NCBI GenBank assembly: GCA_000999095.1
Contig: LCFP01000001.1
Coordinates: forward strand, 138,230 to 202,229
Source: Candidatus Gottesmanbacteria bacterium GW2011_GWA2_43_14
GTDB lineage: Bacteria > Patescibacteriota > Microgenomatia > 2-02-FULL-39-11
Reading direction: 5' to 3'
Length of the DNA: 64,000 nt
Below are positions 1 through 9,996 of the stretch, one piece after another. Numbering within the stretch: position 1 is the first letter of the stretch; every line of letters begins with the position of its first letter. Both the position numbers and the translations under genes were made by a program. The notes beneath the pieces were generated by a model that made no database searches, was not told the origin of the DNA, and saw only the letters and a list, made by a program, of their open reading frames with translations.

Positions 1-1506
1 TTGCGCAAATAATACAAACACCAATAAAAATCCCTTTGCGAAAAATGGTTTATACTGGCTGGCCTGGATAATAAAAGTCCGGGCATCTGAAAAACTATAA
101 TAGCTGGCAGAAACAGTTATAAGGGCAACATAGTTAAGAATGATCATTGCCAGCGACAAAATGTAACTGCTCCAAATCTTCAATTTTTTCCTGAAAGAGA
201 ACAACTGGCCCCATCCGGTTAACACCACAGCCATCTGGACTGGGATAAATGATAAAAAATACCTGCCTTGAATACCTAAAACGTATGAGCTTTTTTGCCA
301 AGAGTACCAATCGTATACTGAAATTGATAAAACGAAAATAAAAAAAGCCGTCAGGTAAAAAAATAAAGTCTGAACTTGAGGTGAGTTTAATTTTTTATTA
401 CGCCATATGGCAATCAGATAGATAACAAAACCAGCAATTGAGACAAACAAAACCCTGTTTATAATCCTGTGGACAATTCTCGGATAAGTCACACCGAGCC
501 AATTGAAGATTCCCCAATACCACGGTAAAACTTCCCTGTAAGAATGGGGCAAAGTATATTCTTGGCTAAATTTTAAAAAGCTCCTCAAATCGAAATTTTC
601 CGCTACTTCTTTAACAAGCGGAAATGTTGAAAAGTCAAGCCGGGTAAAAAATACGACAGATAAATAAAGCAGGCTGAAAGCTGCCAGCATTAAAAATATT
701 CTGTATTTATTATGCAAATCGCGAACCGCCAGGAAGATAAACAAAATTACCAGAAGCGGCAACATAACTATAAATTGAGGCTTTGTATAAATACCAAGTA
801 AAAGGCAACCGGTGATTTTCAGAATTCCAGAGTAAGTCCAACCGTTTTTTAACATCAATCCCGCGTAATACAAAAAAAGTGTCATCAGGAAATTCCCCAA
901 TGAATCGCTGTTGACTCCCGCATTTGCAAAAACCATCATCGGTTGGTACGCGGAAAGCACTGCCAAAGAAAGTTGAGAAATCATGTCTTTGGGAAATAGA
1001 AGTTTACCGATTTTGAAAATATAATAAATATTAAGAAGGAAAATTATCCCGGATAAAAACCTTACCATGAATACCCTGGTAAAAAGATCAGCCCCTTCCG
1101 CAATCTTATAGACTAAAGCCCCTCCCAGATAATAAAAAGGCGGATAGCGGGCAGCTTCCTGATGGACAAATTTTTTCCCGTAATCAGAAATCCCGCTGCT
1201 GCGGATGGCTTCCTCGTATTTTCCCGTCAACTGATCCGTATATTCAATGCGGTATTCCGGATTGAAAGTGAAGCGGTTCTTCCCCGAATTATCCCTGGCT
1301 GTTCCCAATAACTGTTCCGACAGGTAAATTTCCTCGGTCAGGTCATATTCCGCATCTTCAGAATTTCTCCACTTCTGAGACATGAAGGCTACCTGGCCGA
1401 AGTGTGCCTGTTCATCGGGAAAATGCCAAATAGGGACAATAAAGATCCACGAGAGCAGTGTCAGAATCAGCGACAGGTAAAAAAACAGTTTAATTCTTCT
1501 ATTCAT
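1..1506 (-). CDS. DUF2142-like polytopic membrane protein, putative GT-C glycosyltransferase (runs off the left edge; absent from ORF track)
   Basis: Manual translation from ATG at 1506, which overlaps the upstream stop: MNRRIKLFFYLSLILTLLSWIFIVPIWHFPDEQAHFGQVAF. PDE-x-x-H motif near the N-terminus and GIQGRYF near 260-280; frame still open at base 1. Confidence 0.8.
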   Translation of the reverse strand, partial: MNRRIKLFFYLSLILTLLSWIFIVPIWHFPDEQAHFGQVAFMSQKWRNSEDAEYDLTEEIYLSEQLLGTARDNSGKNRFTFNPEYRIEYTDQLTGKYEEAIRSSGISDYGKKFVHQEAARYPPFYYLGGALVYKIAEGADLFTRVFMVRFLSGIIFLLNIYYIFKIGKLLFPKDMISQLSLAVLSAYQPMMVFANAGVNSDSLGNFLMTLFLYYAGLMLKNGWTYSGILKITGCLLLGIYTKPQFIVMLPLLVILFIFLAVRDLHNKYRIFLMLAAFSLLYLSVVFFTRLDFSTFPLVKEVAENFDLRSFLKFSQEYTLPHSYREVLPWYWGIFNWLGVTYPRIVHRIINRVLFVSIAGFVIYLIAIWRNKKLNSPQVQTLFFYLTAFFIFVLSISVYDWYSWQKSSYVLGIQGRYFLSFIPVQMAVVLTGWGQLFSFRKKLKIWSSYILSLAMIILNYVALITVSASYYSFSDARTFIIQASQYKPFFAKGFLLVFVLFAQ

Positions 1507-2140
1507 CCGCCTCCAAAAGATATAAGGCTTCAGTTGCCAGCAAATTGGGAAAAAGAAACCAATTTTCCGAAAATCTTTTTTGTTTGGGATAAAGGTAAAA
1601 TCTTTTTAAGATTTTTAGTTGCCGCTTTTTGATAAACTCCTCGAAATCAGCAATTGACAGTTGATGCAGATGACCTGTTGAATACCAGTCATAGCCGGGG
1701 ATCATTGTCTTGGGCATACGTCCATAAAAAAGAAGTTCTAAGCGGTTGACAATAAAAGCGAAGTTGGGAAAAGAGACGATCTGTTTTTTGGCGATCCTCT
1801 TCATTTCCGACAGCAGAATTTCCGGATAGACCACCATTTGCAGAGTGACGTTGCAAACAGCAAAATCAAATTGCTTGTCTTTGAACGGCAAGGAAGTGTC
1901 AATCCTGCCGGTAATTGCTTTTATCCCTTTTTTTTTGGAGGCCGCGGCCGCGCTTTTGCTCATATCCATACCCCAACCGGCGATACCTCTTTTTTTCATA
2001 ATAGCCAGCAAAGTACCGTCACCGCAACCCAGATCAATGACCGTGCTGCCGTCGCTAACCAGACTATTTATCAAAGTATATTCCCGCCGGTCGGATCTGG
2101 AATTCAAATCATAAAGATAGTTACGGTTATCCAATTTCAT
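1499..2140 (-). CDS. MetW-family class I SAM-dependent methyltransferase
   Basis: VIDLGCGDG SAM motif; SFPNFA, GRMP, YDWY and HQLSIADFEEF segments typical of the MetW family. Confidence 0.8.
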   Translation of the reverse strand: MKLDNRNYLYDLNSRSDRREYTLINSLVSDGSTVIDLGCGDGTLLAIMKKRGIAGWGMDMSKSAAAASKKKGIKAITGRIDTSLPFKDKQFDFAVCNVTLQMVVYPEILLSEMKRIAKKQIVSFPNFAFIVNRLELLFYGRMPKTMIPGYDWYSTGHLHQLSIADFEEFIKKRQLKILKRFYLYPKQKRFSENWFLFPNLLATEALYLLEADE

Positions 2141-3252
2141 AAATAGCGTCTTAATATTTCCTCCAATTCCGCCATCCTTTTTTTATAATTGTGGTCGGCG
2201 AGCGTCCTTTTTTGACCGGCCCGGGCAATTAACTCTCTTCTTTTATCGTCGGCGAGAAAGTATTTCACTTTTTCCAACAGTTCGTCAACCGATCCATAAT
2301 CTTCAATCTCCTGCCCGACTTTAAACAAATCAGGTAAATTATTCTTGCGGTCGCTGATCAAAAGTGCGCCCATGCCGGTTGCCTCAAATAAACGCATATT
2401 ATTGGCATTGTCTTCGGCCACATCGATATGCCGGTTGATGACGATCTTTGCCCGGGCTAATATCCGGTACATGTCTAAACCCCAGGCCTGGCCATGGTAA
2501 GCCCGCCGCAACGGCGAGAAAGGATTGCCCGGAGATGTATATTGTCCCCAAAAATCCAGGCCGGCCGATTTTGCCACTGTTTCCAGCATTTTTGTCCCCT
2601 GCCGGTGATAAGGTGTCACGCTTCCCACGAAAACTGTCTGCAGATCTCGCGAGACCGCCCCGATTTTTTTCAGTACCCGGCGCTCAAAAGCCAATTTCAA
2701 ATATTCGCTTTTTTTGCCCATTTTCCTTAAACGCGTCACAAAATGGGGAAATGAGGTGACCACCAGATCAAAATACTGAAAGTATTTTCCGGCCGGTAAT
2801 GGCGAAGCAATCTGGGCGACGGCCAGTTTTACAAATCTTTTCATCAGCCGCAGAGTCTCCGGTTCGAGTAAAGTCATATCCTGACAATAAATAATATCCG
2901 GAGCATACTTCTTGATTTGGGCCAGGATTGTCTGTTGCATCCAGGCGGGACGGCCTAAAAAACGGTAAGAGTACGGCAGGCGGGCAAGATCGTCCATCAG
3001 GCCGCTTTGAGACAGGTGGAGTCCGTTTTCCTCTGCCCACTTCCGCTGAAGAATTTCATCGTTGGCTACTATGTCTCTTGCTTCAAACCCCTCTTTTTGC
3101 AAATTATAGGAATAAAAATCAGACGTGCCGAAAAACTGATCCATTAAAAGTCTCAGGTGTTTATCATAAGATAAACTTACGGCTTCAGGATGCTCCCTGA
3201 AAAAGTCACCCAAGAAACGGGGATAATAACTGTCAATAAAAACGATTTTCAT
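2137..3252 (-). CDS. CgeB-family (GT-B) glycosyltransferase
   Basis: C-terminal KIVINRH..NMRLFEATGMG..IARAGQKRTLADHNYKKR signature. Confidence 0.8.
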   Translation of the reverse strand: MKIVFIDSYYPRFLGDFFREHPEAVSLSYDKHLRLLMDQFFGTSDFYSYNLQKEGFEARDIVANDEILQRKWAEENGLHLSQSGLMDDLARLPYSYRFLGRPAWMQQTILAQIKKYAPDIIYCQDMTLLEPETLRLMKRFVKLAVAQIASPLPAGKYFQYFDLVVTSFPHFVTRLRKMGKKSEYLKLAFERRVLKKIGAVSRDLQTVFVGSVTPYHRQGTKMLETVAKSAGLDFWGQYTSPGNPFSPLRRAYHGQAWGLDMYRILARAKIVINRHIDVAEDNANNMRLFEATGMGALLISDRKNNLPDLFKVGQEIEDYGSVDELLEKVKYFLADDKRRELIARAGQKRTLADHNYKKRMAELEEILRRYL

Positions 3253-4164
3253 TTATCTTTTTATCCTTATTTTAATACCCACGGATCTGATGATATATCC
3301 GGCTGCATAAAAAACCGGGCTCAATTCCTCAACCAGCCACTGTTTAAAATTATTATGGCTGAATATTCTGACCGACGCCCTAATGGAAAAAACAATCAAT
3401 CCCCCCGTATATTTAAAAAAGGATAAGACAGCCCTGGCCGGATTATCCTCTAGATATACAAATTGTGAAGATCCGGATGCGTATGCCCTCTTCAACTGGT
3501 AAAACACGGTCATTTTATACGCTGATACCAAATGACTGACTTTCATTTCCGGGATATAGAAAAATTGTATTCCTTTTTTGTTGAGACGCGAGAATAACTC
3601 CGTTTCCTCACCCAGGGACAACTCTTCCCCTTTCATTCCCAGAGAAGTCCGGAAATTTCCGAATTTCCGAAACAGATCCTTCCTGAAGATCATATTGGAA
3701 CCTGAAAAAGTTTCCCCCTTCTTTAAAATCCGTTCATTATCTCCCCAAAACCTTGCTTCATATTCGTCCTTAAACCACGGGGGTTTCTTGCTTGTGTAGA
3801 AAGGATAAATGGGTCCGCCGAAAACGGAAACATGCAAATGATTTACGATAGTTTTTTGGGCAACCGAAAGATAATTTTCATCGGCAAGGGCATCATCATC
3901 GATAAAGGCAACAAAATCTCCGATTGATTCCGCGATACCCTTATTCCTGCTTCCGGCCAATCCGCTGGTACCTTCGAAAACCGTTTTCAATCTGGGCATT
4001 CCCTTATTATCAGGTAGGGGGATTTTTTTGGGATTTCCCGGATTATTATCAACCAGGATTATCTCATACTCATCTTTCGGGAACTTCAAACTAACCAGTT
4101 TCTTCAGACATTTTCCCAAAATACCGGGATGGTTATAGGTGGCAACGACTACGGAAAATATCAT
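3253..4164 (-). CDS. GT2 family glycosyltransferase
   Basis: SVVVATYN, LVDNN, RNKG, FIDDD and GEETEL motifs. Confidence 0.9.
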   Translation of the reverse strand: MIFSVVVATYNHPGILGKCLKKLVSLKFPKDEYEIILVDNNPGNPKKIPLPDNKGMPRLKTVFEGTSGLAGSRNKGIAESIGDFVAFIDDDALADENYLSVAQKTIVNHLHVSVFGGPIYPFYTSKKPPWFKDEYEARFWGDNERILKKGETFSGSNMIFRKDLFRKFGNFRTSLGMKGEELSLGEETELFSRLNKKGIQFFYIPEMKVSHLVSAYKMTVFYQLKRAYASGSSQFVYLEDNPARAVLSFFKYTGGLIVFSIRASVRIFSHNNFKQWLVEELSPVFYAAGYIIRSVGIKIRIKR

Positions 4165-5093
4165 TTCATCATCCTTTTGAATTTTCTTAGGGCATTTTTA
4201 ATCAGCGATGTTTCATTCCGCAAGGTAATCCAGCTCTTTCTTTTTTCCTTTTCCTTCAACTCCCATTTTTTAATAAACCCTGCCATGAAAGGAAAAAATT
4301 GGTATTTGTTGAGGATCAGATCCCTTGAGAAAGAAACGGCTTCATGGTTTTTTTTCCAGAGATTGCTTTCGGTAATTTCTTTTATTTTACGGTCAACGCC
4401 TTTTTCGTTAATATCAATTACCGCCATCGACTCATTTGGGAAATAATCGGATATATTTGTGCAACCGTAATAAATCGGCATGGTAAAGGCAAGAAAACAG
4501 TCGGCGAGTTTCTCGCTCCAATAATGCGGTCCTCTATAATTTTCTATGATCAGCGAATAACGGTAAGGAGCCAAAGCTTCCCACTTATCTTTAATATAAT
4601 TTAAACCTTTACCGAATAAATCAAAATCTACTTCATTCCGGATTCCCCTGATGAAATTCAGCCTCTCCCACTGTCCTCTAAATTCCGTTTTATCAGATGA
4701 AATACAGGAAAGTTTTTTTTGCTTGCGGAGATATTTCTCTCTTTTTAACTGATCATAGCTTTTATCGATATGCCATGGTAAAGCGGGTTGTGTATGGATA
4801 AAACGGTTTTCCCTAAGGCTTAGGTCCTGCATAAAAACCTGGGTATATACTTTATCTGCGTTATGGAAGTACTTAAAATACTCATTAGGAGGCTCCTGCA
4901 GGACGCACCAGATATTTTCCGGATAGCACTTTACCCTGACATCTCTTGAGGGGTAATTGGAAACTATAACATAATCGCATTCCTCTATTTCAGCATCGGT
5001 AAATTTGATATTATCCCATAATCCGGATGATTTCGGGGTTTGTCTCATAATATCGGGACTGTACCAGGATTTTACTATCCTAACTGTTTTCAT
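4161..5093 (-). CDS. GT10-family (alpha-1,3/4-fucosyltransferase-like) glycosyltransferase
   Basis: YRYSLIIENYRGPHYWSEKLADCFLAFTMPIYYG matches the GT10 motif YxFxLxxENxxxxxYxxEK...PIYxG. Confidence 0.8.
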   Translation of the reverse strand: MKTVRIVKSWYSPDIMRQTPKSSGLWDNIKFTDAEIEECDYVIVSNYPSRDVRVKCYPENIWCVLQEPPNEYFKYFHNADKVYTQVFMQDLSLRENRFIHTQPALPWHIDKSYDQLKREKYLRKQKKLSCISSDKTEFRGQWERLNFIRGIRNEVDFDLFGKGLNYIKDKWEALAPYRYSLIIENYRGPHYWSEKLADCFLAFTMPIYYGCTNISDYFPNESMAVIDINEKGVDRKIKEITESNLWKKNHEAVSFSRDLILNKYQFFPFMAGFIKKWELKEKEKRKSWITLRNETSLIKNALRKFKRMMK

Positions 5094-5107
5094 ATTGTTG
5101 AACGGAT

Positions 5108-6592
5108 TTACATCGGAATCCTTACTGATTTTTTTACCTGACGCAAGTTATCAACAAGAAAAATAACGGCTTTTTCTTTATTCGCGCGGATCAGCTTTTC
5201 TTTTAAAGCATCCATATCGCTGCAGGATTTTATGTTTCTTTCAGCATAATAAAGTATCTGGGGTTCAATAAAACCGCCGGGATACCCGCATAAATAGACC
5301 ATTTCATTATCCAAAACCCGCTCTTTAATGGTATACCCGAGACTTTTATAGCTTGTGTCAAAAGTTGCGTCATGATAACGAAAGTAATAATAGACGACGG
5401 AGATTGATATAAAAAGGCATATGGCAGACGCATATAAAATTTTCATAAATTTGCCATTAGAGAAAACCTGCATAATATATATCAAACTTAATGAAGTGAT
5501 GACCGACAAAAATAAGGATGTCTTCAAAACTGAAAAACTGTGGTTGGAATTGAAATTGAAAAAGACAAGATAATGCAGTATTACCGGGCATAACGAAAAA
5601 TAAAGAAGATGGCCTGATTTTTTTGATAAGAGCTTTACGGAGATAAGCCTCTTTTTACGGATAAGAAACAGGGCAATCATGATAAAAATAAAGGCAGGTA
5701 AATAGTTAATGTAGTAGAAATAAACGATGTTTAAATAAGGTTTTGCCGAAAAAAACAAACCGCTGCGGTCCTGATATTTTTGCCACATCCCGGAAAACAT
5801 TTCGCCTGCCCCGGCAATTCTTGAATACTGAAGGAGAGTGAGAAAAACCGCCATAAATGAAGCACTGCCCGAGACAACGGCAATTTTTTGATAAATTGTG
5901 TCTTTCCTCTTAAATATGGCAATTAAAATAAGCGATAGGGAAAAAAGCAAGCCGATCCATTCACTGTACGCCATAAAAAAAGAGACGATAAAAAACAGTG
6001 AAAAATACATATTTGTCCTTGATTTTTCATTAAATAAAATATTCATTACCAAATACGTTGATATAACGAAAAAAACCTGGACAAAAATATCCACAAAATA
6101 TAAGTTTTGGTGAAACCAAAGATTTCCTGAGATGAATAAATAGACAATAAATCCGATAAAAGCAAATTTACCGGGTAATTTCCCCTCTTTAACCGGAAAT
6201 AATACCGAAAGGGTCAAATAGACAAAGTAAGAGGCAACCAGATGAATAAGTAAATTTAATATGTACAGGCTTAAAACTCCGGATGGCACTTTAAAAATCT
6301 GAAAAACAAAATAGGGGAAAATAAAAGCAAACGGTGGATAGGAAATATAATAATAATTTCCGTAAATATCTTTTATTCCTCCAAGATTTGAAATATGTCT
6401 GTCATTTTCGTTCGGAAAGGTATAAACAGGGCTGAAATTGTACTGTTTTATGCCGACTTTCTCCCAAATCTTCAAAGTCAACAGCGTATGAGCGGTAATA
6501 TAACCGTTAAAATCCAGATCCCTTTTGAGGTTTTCGAAACGGAAACTTAAGGATAATAAAAAAAATAAAATAAATACCAGAAATTTATTCAT
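5108..6592 (-). CDS. Polytopic membrane protein, possible GT-C glycosyltransferase or ligase
   Basis: Many hydrophobic segments, an N-terminal external loop ending YYYISYPP, and a soluble C-terminal domain (PQILYYAER). Confidence 0.6.
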   Translation of the reverse strand: MNKFLVFILFFLLSLSFRFENLKRDLDFNGYITAHTLLTLKIWEKVGIKQYNFSPVYTFPNENDRHISNLGGIKDIYGNYYYISYPPFAFIFPYFVFQIFKVPSGVLSLYILNLLIHLVASYFVYLTLSVLFPVKEGKLPGKFAFIGFIVYLFISGNLWFHQNLYFVDIFVQVFFVISTYLVMNILFNEKSRTNMYFSLFFIVSFFMAYSEWIGLLFSLSLILIAIFKRKDTIYQKIAVVSGSASFMAVFLTLLQYSRIAGAGEMFSGMWQKYQDRSGLFFSAKPYLNIVYFYYINYLPAFIFIMIALFLIRKKRLISVKLLSKKSGHLLYFSLCPVILHYLVFFNFNSNHSFSVLKTSLFLSVITSLSLIYIMQVFSNGKFMKILYASAICLFISISVVYYYFRYHDATFDTSYKSLGYTIKERVLDNEMVYLCGYPGGFIEPQILYYAERNIKSCSDMDALKEKLIRANKEKAVIFLVDNLRQVKKSVRIPM

Positions 6593-7398
6593 CTGTCCTT
6601 AACGGCCAGAATATACATTTGATCACCTGAAAAAGGCCGTATCAGTTTAAACCTGCTTATTAAATAGTTAAACGTATTGTATAGACTATTGGCTATTTCG
6701 GAGAAATTTCCGAAATGGCAGATGATTTTATAACCAAGCGGAAGAATGGACAGTCTCAGGATTCTGAATTTATTTTCAGATAAAAGGTATTCAATACCCA
6801 CAGGGCTGAAATGGGAATAATGCTCGTTTGGTACCCAGCCCTCCCAGTACCTTCCCAACAGTTTTGCGACTGAACCGGTATAGTTAGTTTGAGACAGAAA
6901 CAGCAGGCCGTCTTTTTTTAATAATTTCCGGCATTTTTTTACAAATAGGGACGGATCAGGATTATGTTCAACAACATGAGAGGCAACCAGGATATCAAAA
7001 TAATTTTCCGGAAATTTTATCCTGCCGAAATAACCCTGCCTGACATTGAGCCGTCTCTTTTTACAAAAAGCAATTGCCCCTTTGGATATGTCAACTCCCT
7101 GCGCCCGGTACCCGGCTTTTCCCGCCTCTTCCAGTAAATAACCGGCTCCGCAACCGATATCCAACAAATTTCCCTCAGGTTTCACGTTTTTAATATAATC
7201 AAGAATTAACCCGGAATAAGCAGTGTAAGCCTGAACGTCTTCCTCACCTTTTTGATAGAATCGGTTTTCCTCATATTTATCTTCAGGCGCCGGGATGGTT
7301 ATGGCATTGGTACAGCTATCACATCGGTAAATTGAACTGCCGCGGAAGGGATTGAGTAAAAAATGAAGAGATGAAGAATTACAGATAAGGCATTTCAT
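6589..7398 (-). CDS. Class I SAM-dependent methyltransferase with N-terminal CxxC...CxxC
   Basis: MKCLIC...CDSC; LLDIGCGAG; HVVEH.PDP; PNEHYSHFS. Confidence 0.85.
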   Translation of the reverse strand: MKCLICNSSSLHFLLNPFRGSSIYRCDSCTNAITIPAPEDKYEENRFYQKGEEDVQAYTAYSGLILDYIKNVKPEGNLLDIGCGAGYLLEEAGKAGYRAQGVDISKGAIAFCKKRRLNVRQGYFGRIKFPENYFDILVASHVVEHNPDPSLFVKKCRKLLKKDGLLFLSQTNYTGSVAKLLGRYWEGWVPNEHYSHFSPVGIEYLLSENKFRILRLSILPLGYKIICHFGNFSEIANSLYNTFNYLISRFKLIRPFSGDQMYILAVKDR

Positions 7399-8465
7399 AA
7401 ATCGGGGTAGGTGCTGTTAATCCAGGTATTGGCAGTAATGTCGATATGTTTGCTTTTCTTAATAGAAGTCAGCATAAACAGAATTAAATCCCGCTCTTTT
7501 ATTCTTACTTGTTTTCTGAATGACAGATCTTTATATAATTGAAAGACAGGTATTCCCCAGTCGGCTCCCAAACAACAAATTTTGAACCAATAGTCAAACA
7601 ACAGTTGTTCAAATATTTTCCGGTCATAAACTTTGTTCTCTCCGTTTGCCTGACATAATTTTTGCAGCCAATATTTAGCTTTAACAAGCGCTTTCAGGGT
7701 CCAACCGTCTTTTTTCCGCTCTAAACTGTCATGTACAAGAATTTCCTCTTCAGTAGGAGCAAGACCCATTTTCTCCAATGATGCGGCAAATATCCTTCTG
7801 GTGCAATTTTCTATTTCCGGGGAAGTTTTATCGGTTAAATTCCCTTTATATTCGCGGTATAAAGAAAAAACCCGGGGTATGTTTGCCAGCCGCAGATGTT
7901 GAGCCAGCCTTGACCATAAATCAAAATCAGGAGCGGCATTAAATGAGCTGCGGAAACCGTGCTTTTGGACTGCAGCTTTCCTGATCATTACGGCTGACTG
8001 GGTGAAACAGTTTCTGAACAAAAGCACCGATTTAATGATTTCAGGCCGACATACGTGTTTAAATACGCGACCGGTGAGTTTATCCTCATCATCAATTACT
8101 TTAACCCAGCTGCCGGTCAGGGAAATTTCCCTGTTCCTATCCATGTAATCCCATTGTTTTTCGAGACGCTGCGGCAGAGCAATGTCATCACTGTCCAGAA
8201 ATGCAATGAATTCCCCCCGGCATTCCCTGATGCCTTTATCGCGTATTTTTGCCAATCCAAGCCTTTTGGAAGAATTTATTAATCTGATCCTTTTATCGGT
8301 GAATGAATTGACTATTTGAATGGTTCCATCAAACGAGGCATCATTCACAATCACCAGCTCAAAATCCCTTAAAGTTTGACATAAAATACTCTCAATGGCC
8401 TGCTTAATAAATCTTTCCCCGTTATAAACGGGCATCAGTATGCTGATTAACGGATTTAAAGTCAT
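7395..8465 (-). CDS. GT2 family glycosyltransferase
   Basis: ISILMPVYN, VNDAS, FLDSDD, RLEKQ. Confidence 0.9.
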   Translation of the reverse strand: MTLNPLISILMPVYNGERFIKQAIESILCQTLRDFELVIVNDASFDGTIQIVNSFTDKRIRLINSSKRLGLAKIRDKGIRECRGEFIAFLDSDDIALPQRLEKQWDYMDRNREISLTGSWVKVIDDEDKLTGRVFKHVCRPEIIKSVLLFRNCFTQSAVMIRKAAVQKHGFRSSFNAAPDFDLWSRLAQHLRLANIPRVFSLYREYKGNLTDKTSPEIENCTRRIFAASLEKMGLAPTEEEILVHDSLERKKDGWTLKALVKAKYWLQKLCQANGENKVYDRKIFEQLLFDYWFKICCLGADWGIPVFQLYKDLSFRKQVRIKERDLILFMLTSIKKSKHIDITANTWINSTYPDL

Positions 8466-9304
8466 ATTTTTACCCAGGTTTCGGGAATTAAATCACCGGT
8501 ATCGGAAGGATTATTGTCAAACCATCTGAGCGGGCTTATGATAACTTTTTTTGTATAACTGTTAAGCCATGCCGCCCACCAGCTGAATGTACTGTTGGCA
8601 ATTATATGGTGTCTGCACAAACTCATTAGCCTCATATCTTCCCAGGATTCTGTTTTGACTTCCCTGTCAATAAAAACAGCATTAACGGGCAGGTCATAAT
8701 TCATTTTTACATAATTTAGGTCATCTGAAAAAATGAAATAGACAGGTTTAAGAAGGCGCCTGCTGAGCAAAAAAATCGACTGACGATAATATTCACCGGG
8801 CAAAACATAGTGGTATTGGTCCTTTTGTTCAGATTTCAAATAATCGGTAATTCTGAAGTGGATGCTTACCGGCAATTTTGCATTCCGTATTAACGCCAAA
8901 TATTTTTTTGAGTCATTATTTAATTCTCCTGCAAAAGTAAAATTCCTGCGAATCAGGTCCTTAACCGGGAAAAAATATTTTTCGCTTTGGAAATCACCTC
9001 TAAGATAAGTACCGTCAGGCAGATCGAAAAAATCGGCATCGAAATGGAAATGTTTTTCCCGGTATTTTTTTTGAGCGGACTTTAATTTGGAAGTTATAGT
9101 TCCTATTTTCGCCAATATCCCGGAGGACTGTCTGATTTCAGCTTTAATGCGGAAAATATCCAGTTCAAAATTACGGAGTTTATAGCCCGCAAAATGGCTT
9201 AAATCCAAAACCAACCCCGTGCCCACTTTCTCCGCCAGCGAACGTCCGGCCGCATAGCGGAACATTTGATTGCCTAGACCCCCCAGCATTTCCACCGTAA
9301 TCAT
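8462..9304 (-). CDS. GT11 alpha-1,2-fucosyltransferase
   Basis: GGLGNQMF, FQSEKYF, HFRITDY, FSDD and IANSTFSWWAAWL GT11 motifs. Confidence 0.9.
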   Translation of the reverse strand: MITVEMLGGLGNQMFRYAAGRSLAEKVGTGLVLDLSHFAGYKLRNFELDIFRIKAEIRQSSGILAKIGTITSKLKSAQKKYREKHFHFDADFFDLPDGTYLRGDFQSEKYFFPVKDLIRRNFTFAGELNNDSKKYLALIRNAKLPVSIHFRITDYLKSEQKDQYHYVLPGEYYRQSIFLLSRRLLKPVYFIFSDDLNYVKMNYDLPVNAVFIDREVKTESWEDMRLMSLCRHHIIANSTFSWWAAWLNSYTKKVIISPLRWFDNNPSDTGDLIPETWVKI

Positions 9305-9996
9305 TTACTGAAATAACTTCCTTTCAGGAAAATCGTATTAATAAATGTATCAGCGTAAATTTTATATCCCATTTCTAGAATCTGATTTATCAGTGATCTC
9401 TTTTTTTCACCCAAGCCGCGGACAGTAAAAGTCACTGTCTCAATACATAAAATTGCAGGTTTATTTTCCAGTTTTTTAAGTGATAGTATTATTTTCCTCT
9501 CCGAACCTTCAGCATCGATAAGCAAAATATCCGGCATTACTCCATGACACTGTTCACTGATGATTTTTTGAAGAGTGGTAACGGGTATCTTTTTCCGGTC
9601 CTCAAGTAAATAACCTTCCCTTATACATTTATCTGCTTCTTTTTTGGAGAACGTATTCAGAGTTGCTATATTGAAACAATAATAAGTCATGACCTTCGCA
9701 GAATCCGAAACACCGGCAGTGAGGTTTATGTCTTGTGATCTGTATTTTTGAAACAATTTGCTGGCTTCAGGATTCGGTTCCACATTCACTCCTCTTGAAC
9801 CGAGTTCATAAAACAGGGCGGTATTACTGATATGAAACGGGTGATAAGCACCGATGTCAAGATAAGTCGGTTTGTCTAAGCTAATTGCACGGCACAAATG
9901 GAACAAAATCAAATCTTCTCCGCACTGTGAATAACTTACTTGACAGTATCTGTTTATTATCATCTTAAATCGTGTAAGGTAGTGAAATACGTTCAT
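9301..9996 (-). CDS. FkbM-family methyltransferase
   Basis: YSQCGED, YLDIGAYHP..SNT, VEPNP, IDAEGSE. Confidence 0.85.
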   Translation of the reverse strand: MNVFHYLTRFKMIINRYCQVSYSQCGEDLILFHLCRAISLDKPTYLDIGAYHPFHISNTALFYELGSRGVNVEPNPEASKLFQKYRSQDINLTAGVSDSAKVMTYYCFNIATLNTFSKKEADKCIREGYLLEDRKKIPVTTLQKIISEQCHGVMPDILLIDAEGSERKIILSLKKLENKPAILCIETVTFTVRGLGEKKRSLINQILEMGYKIYADTFINTIFLKGSYFSK

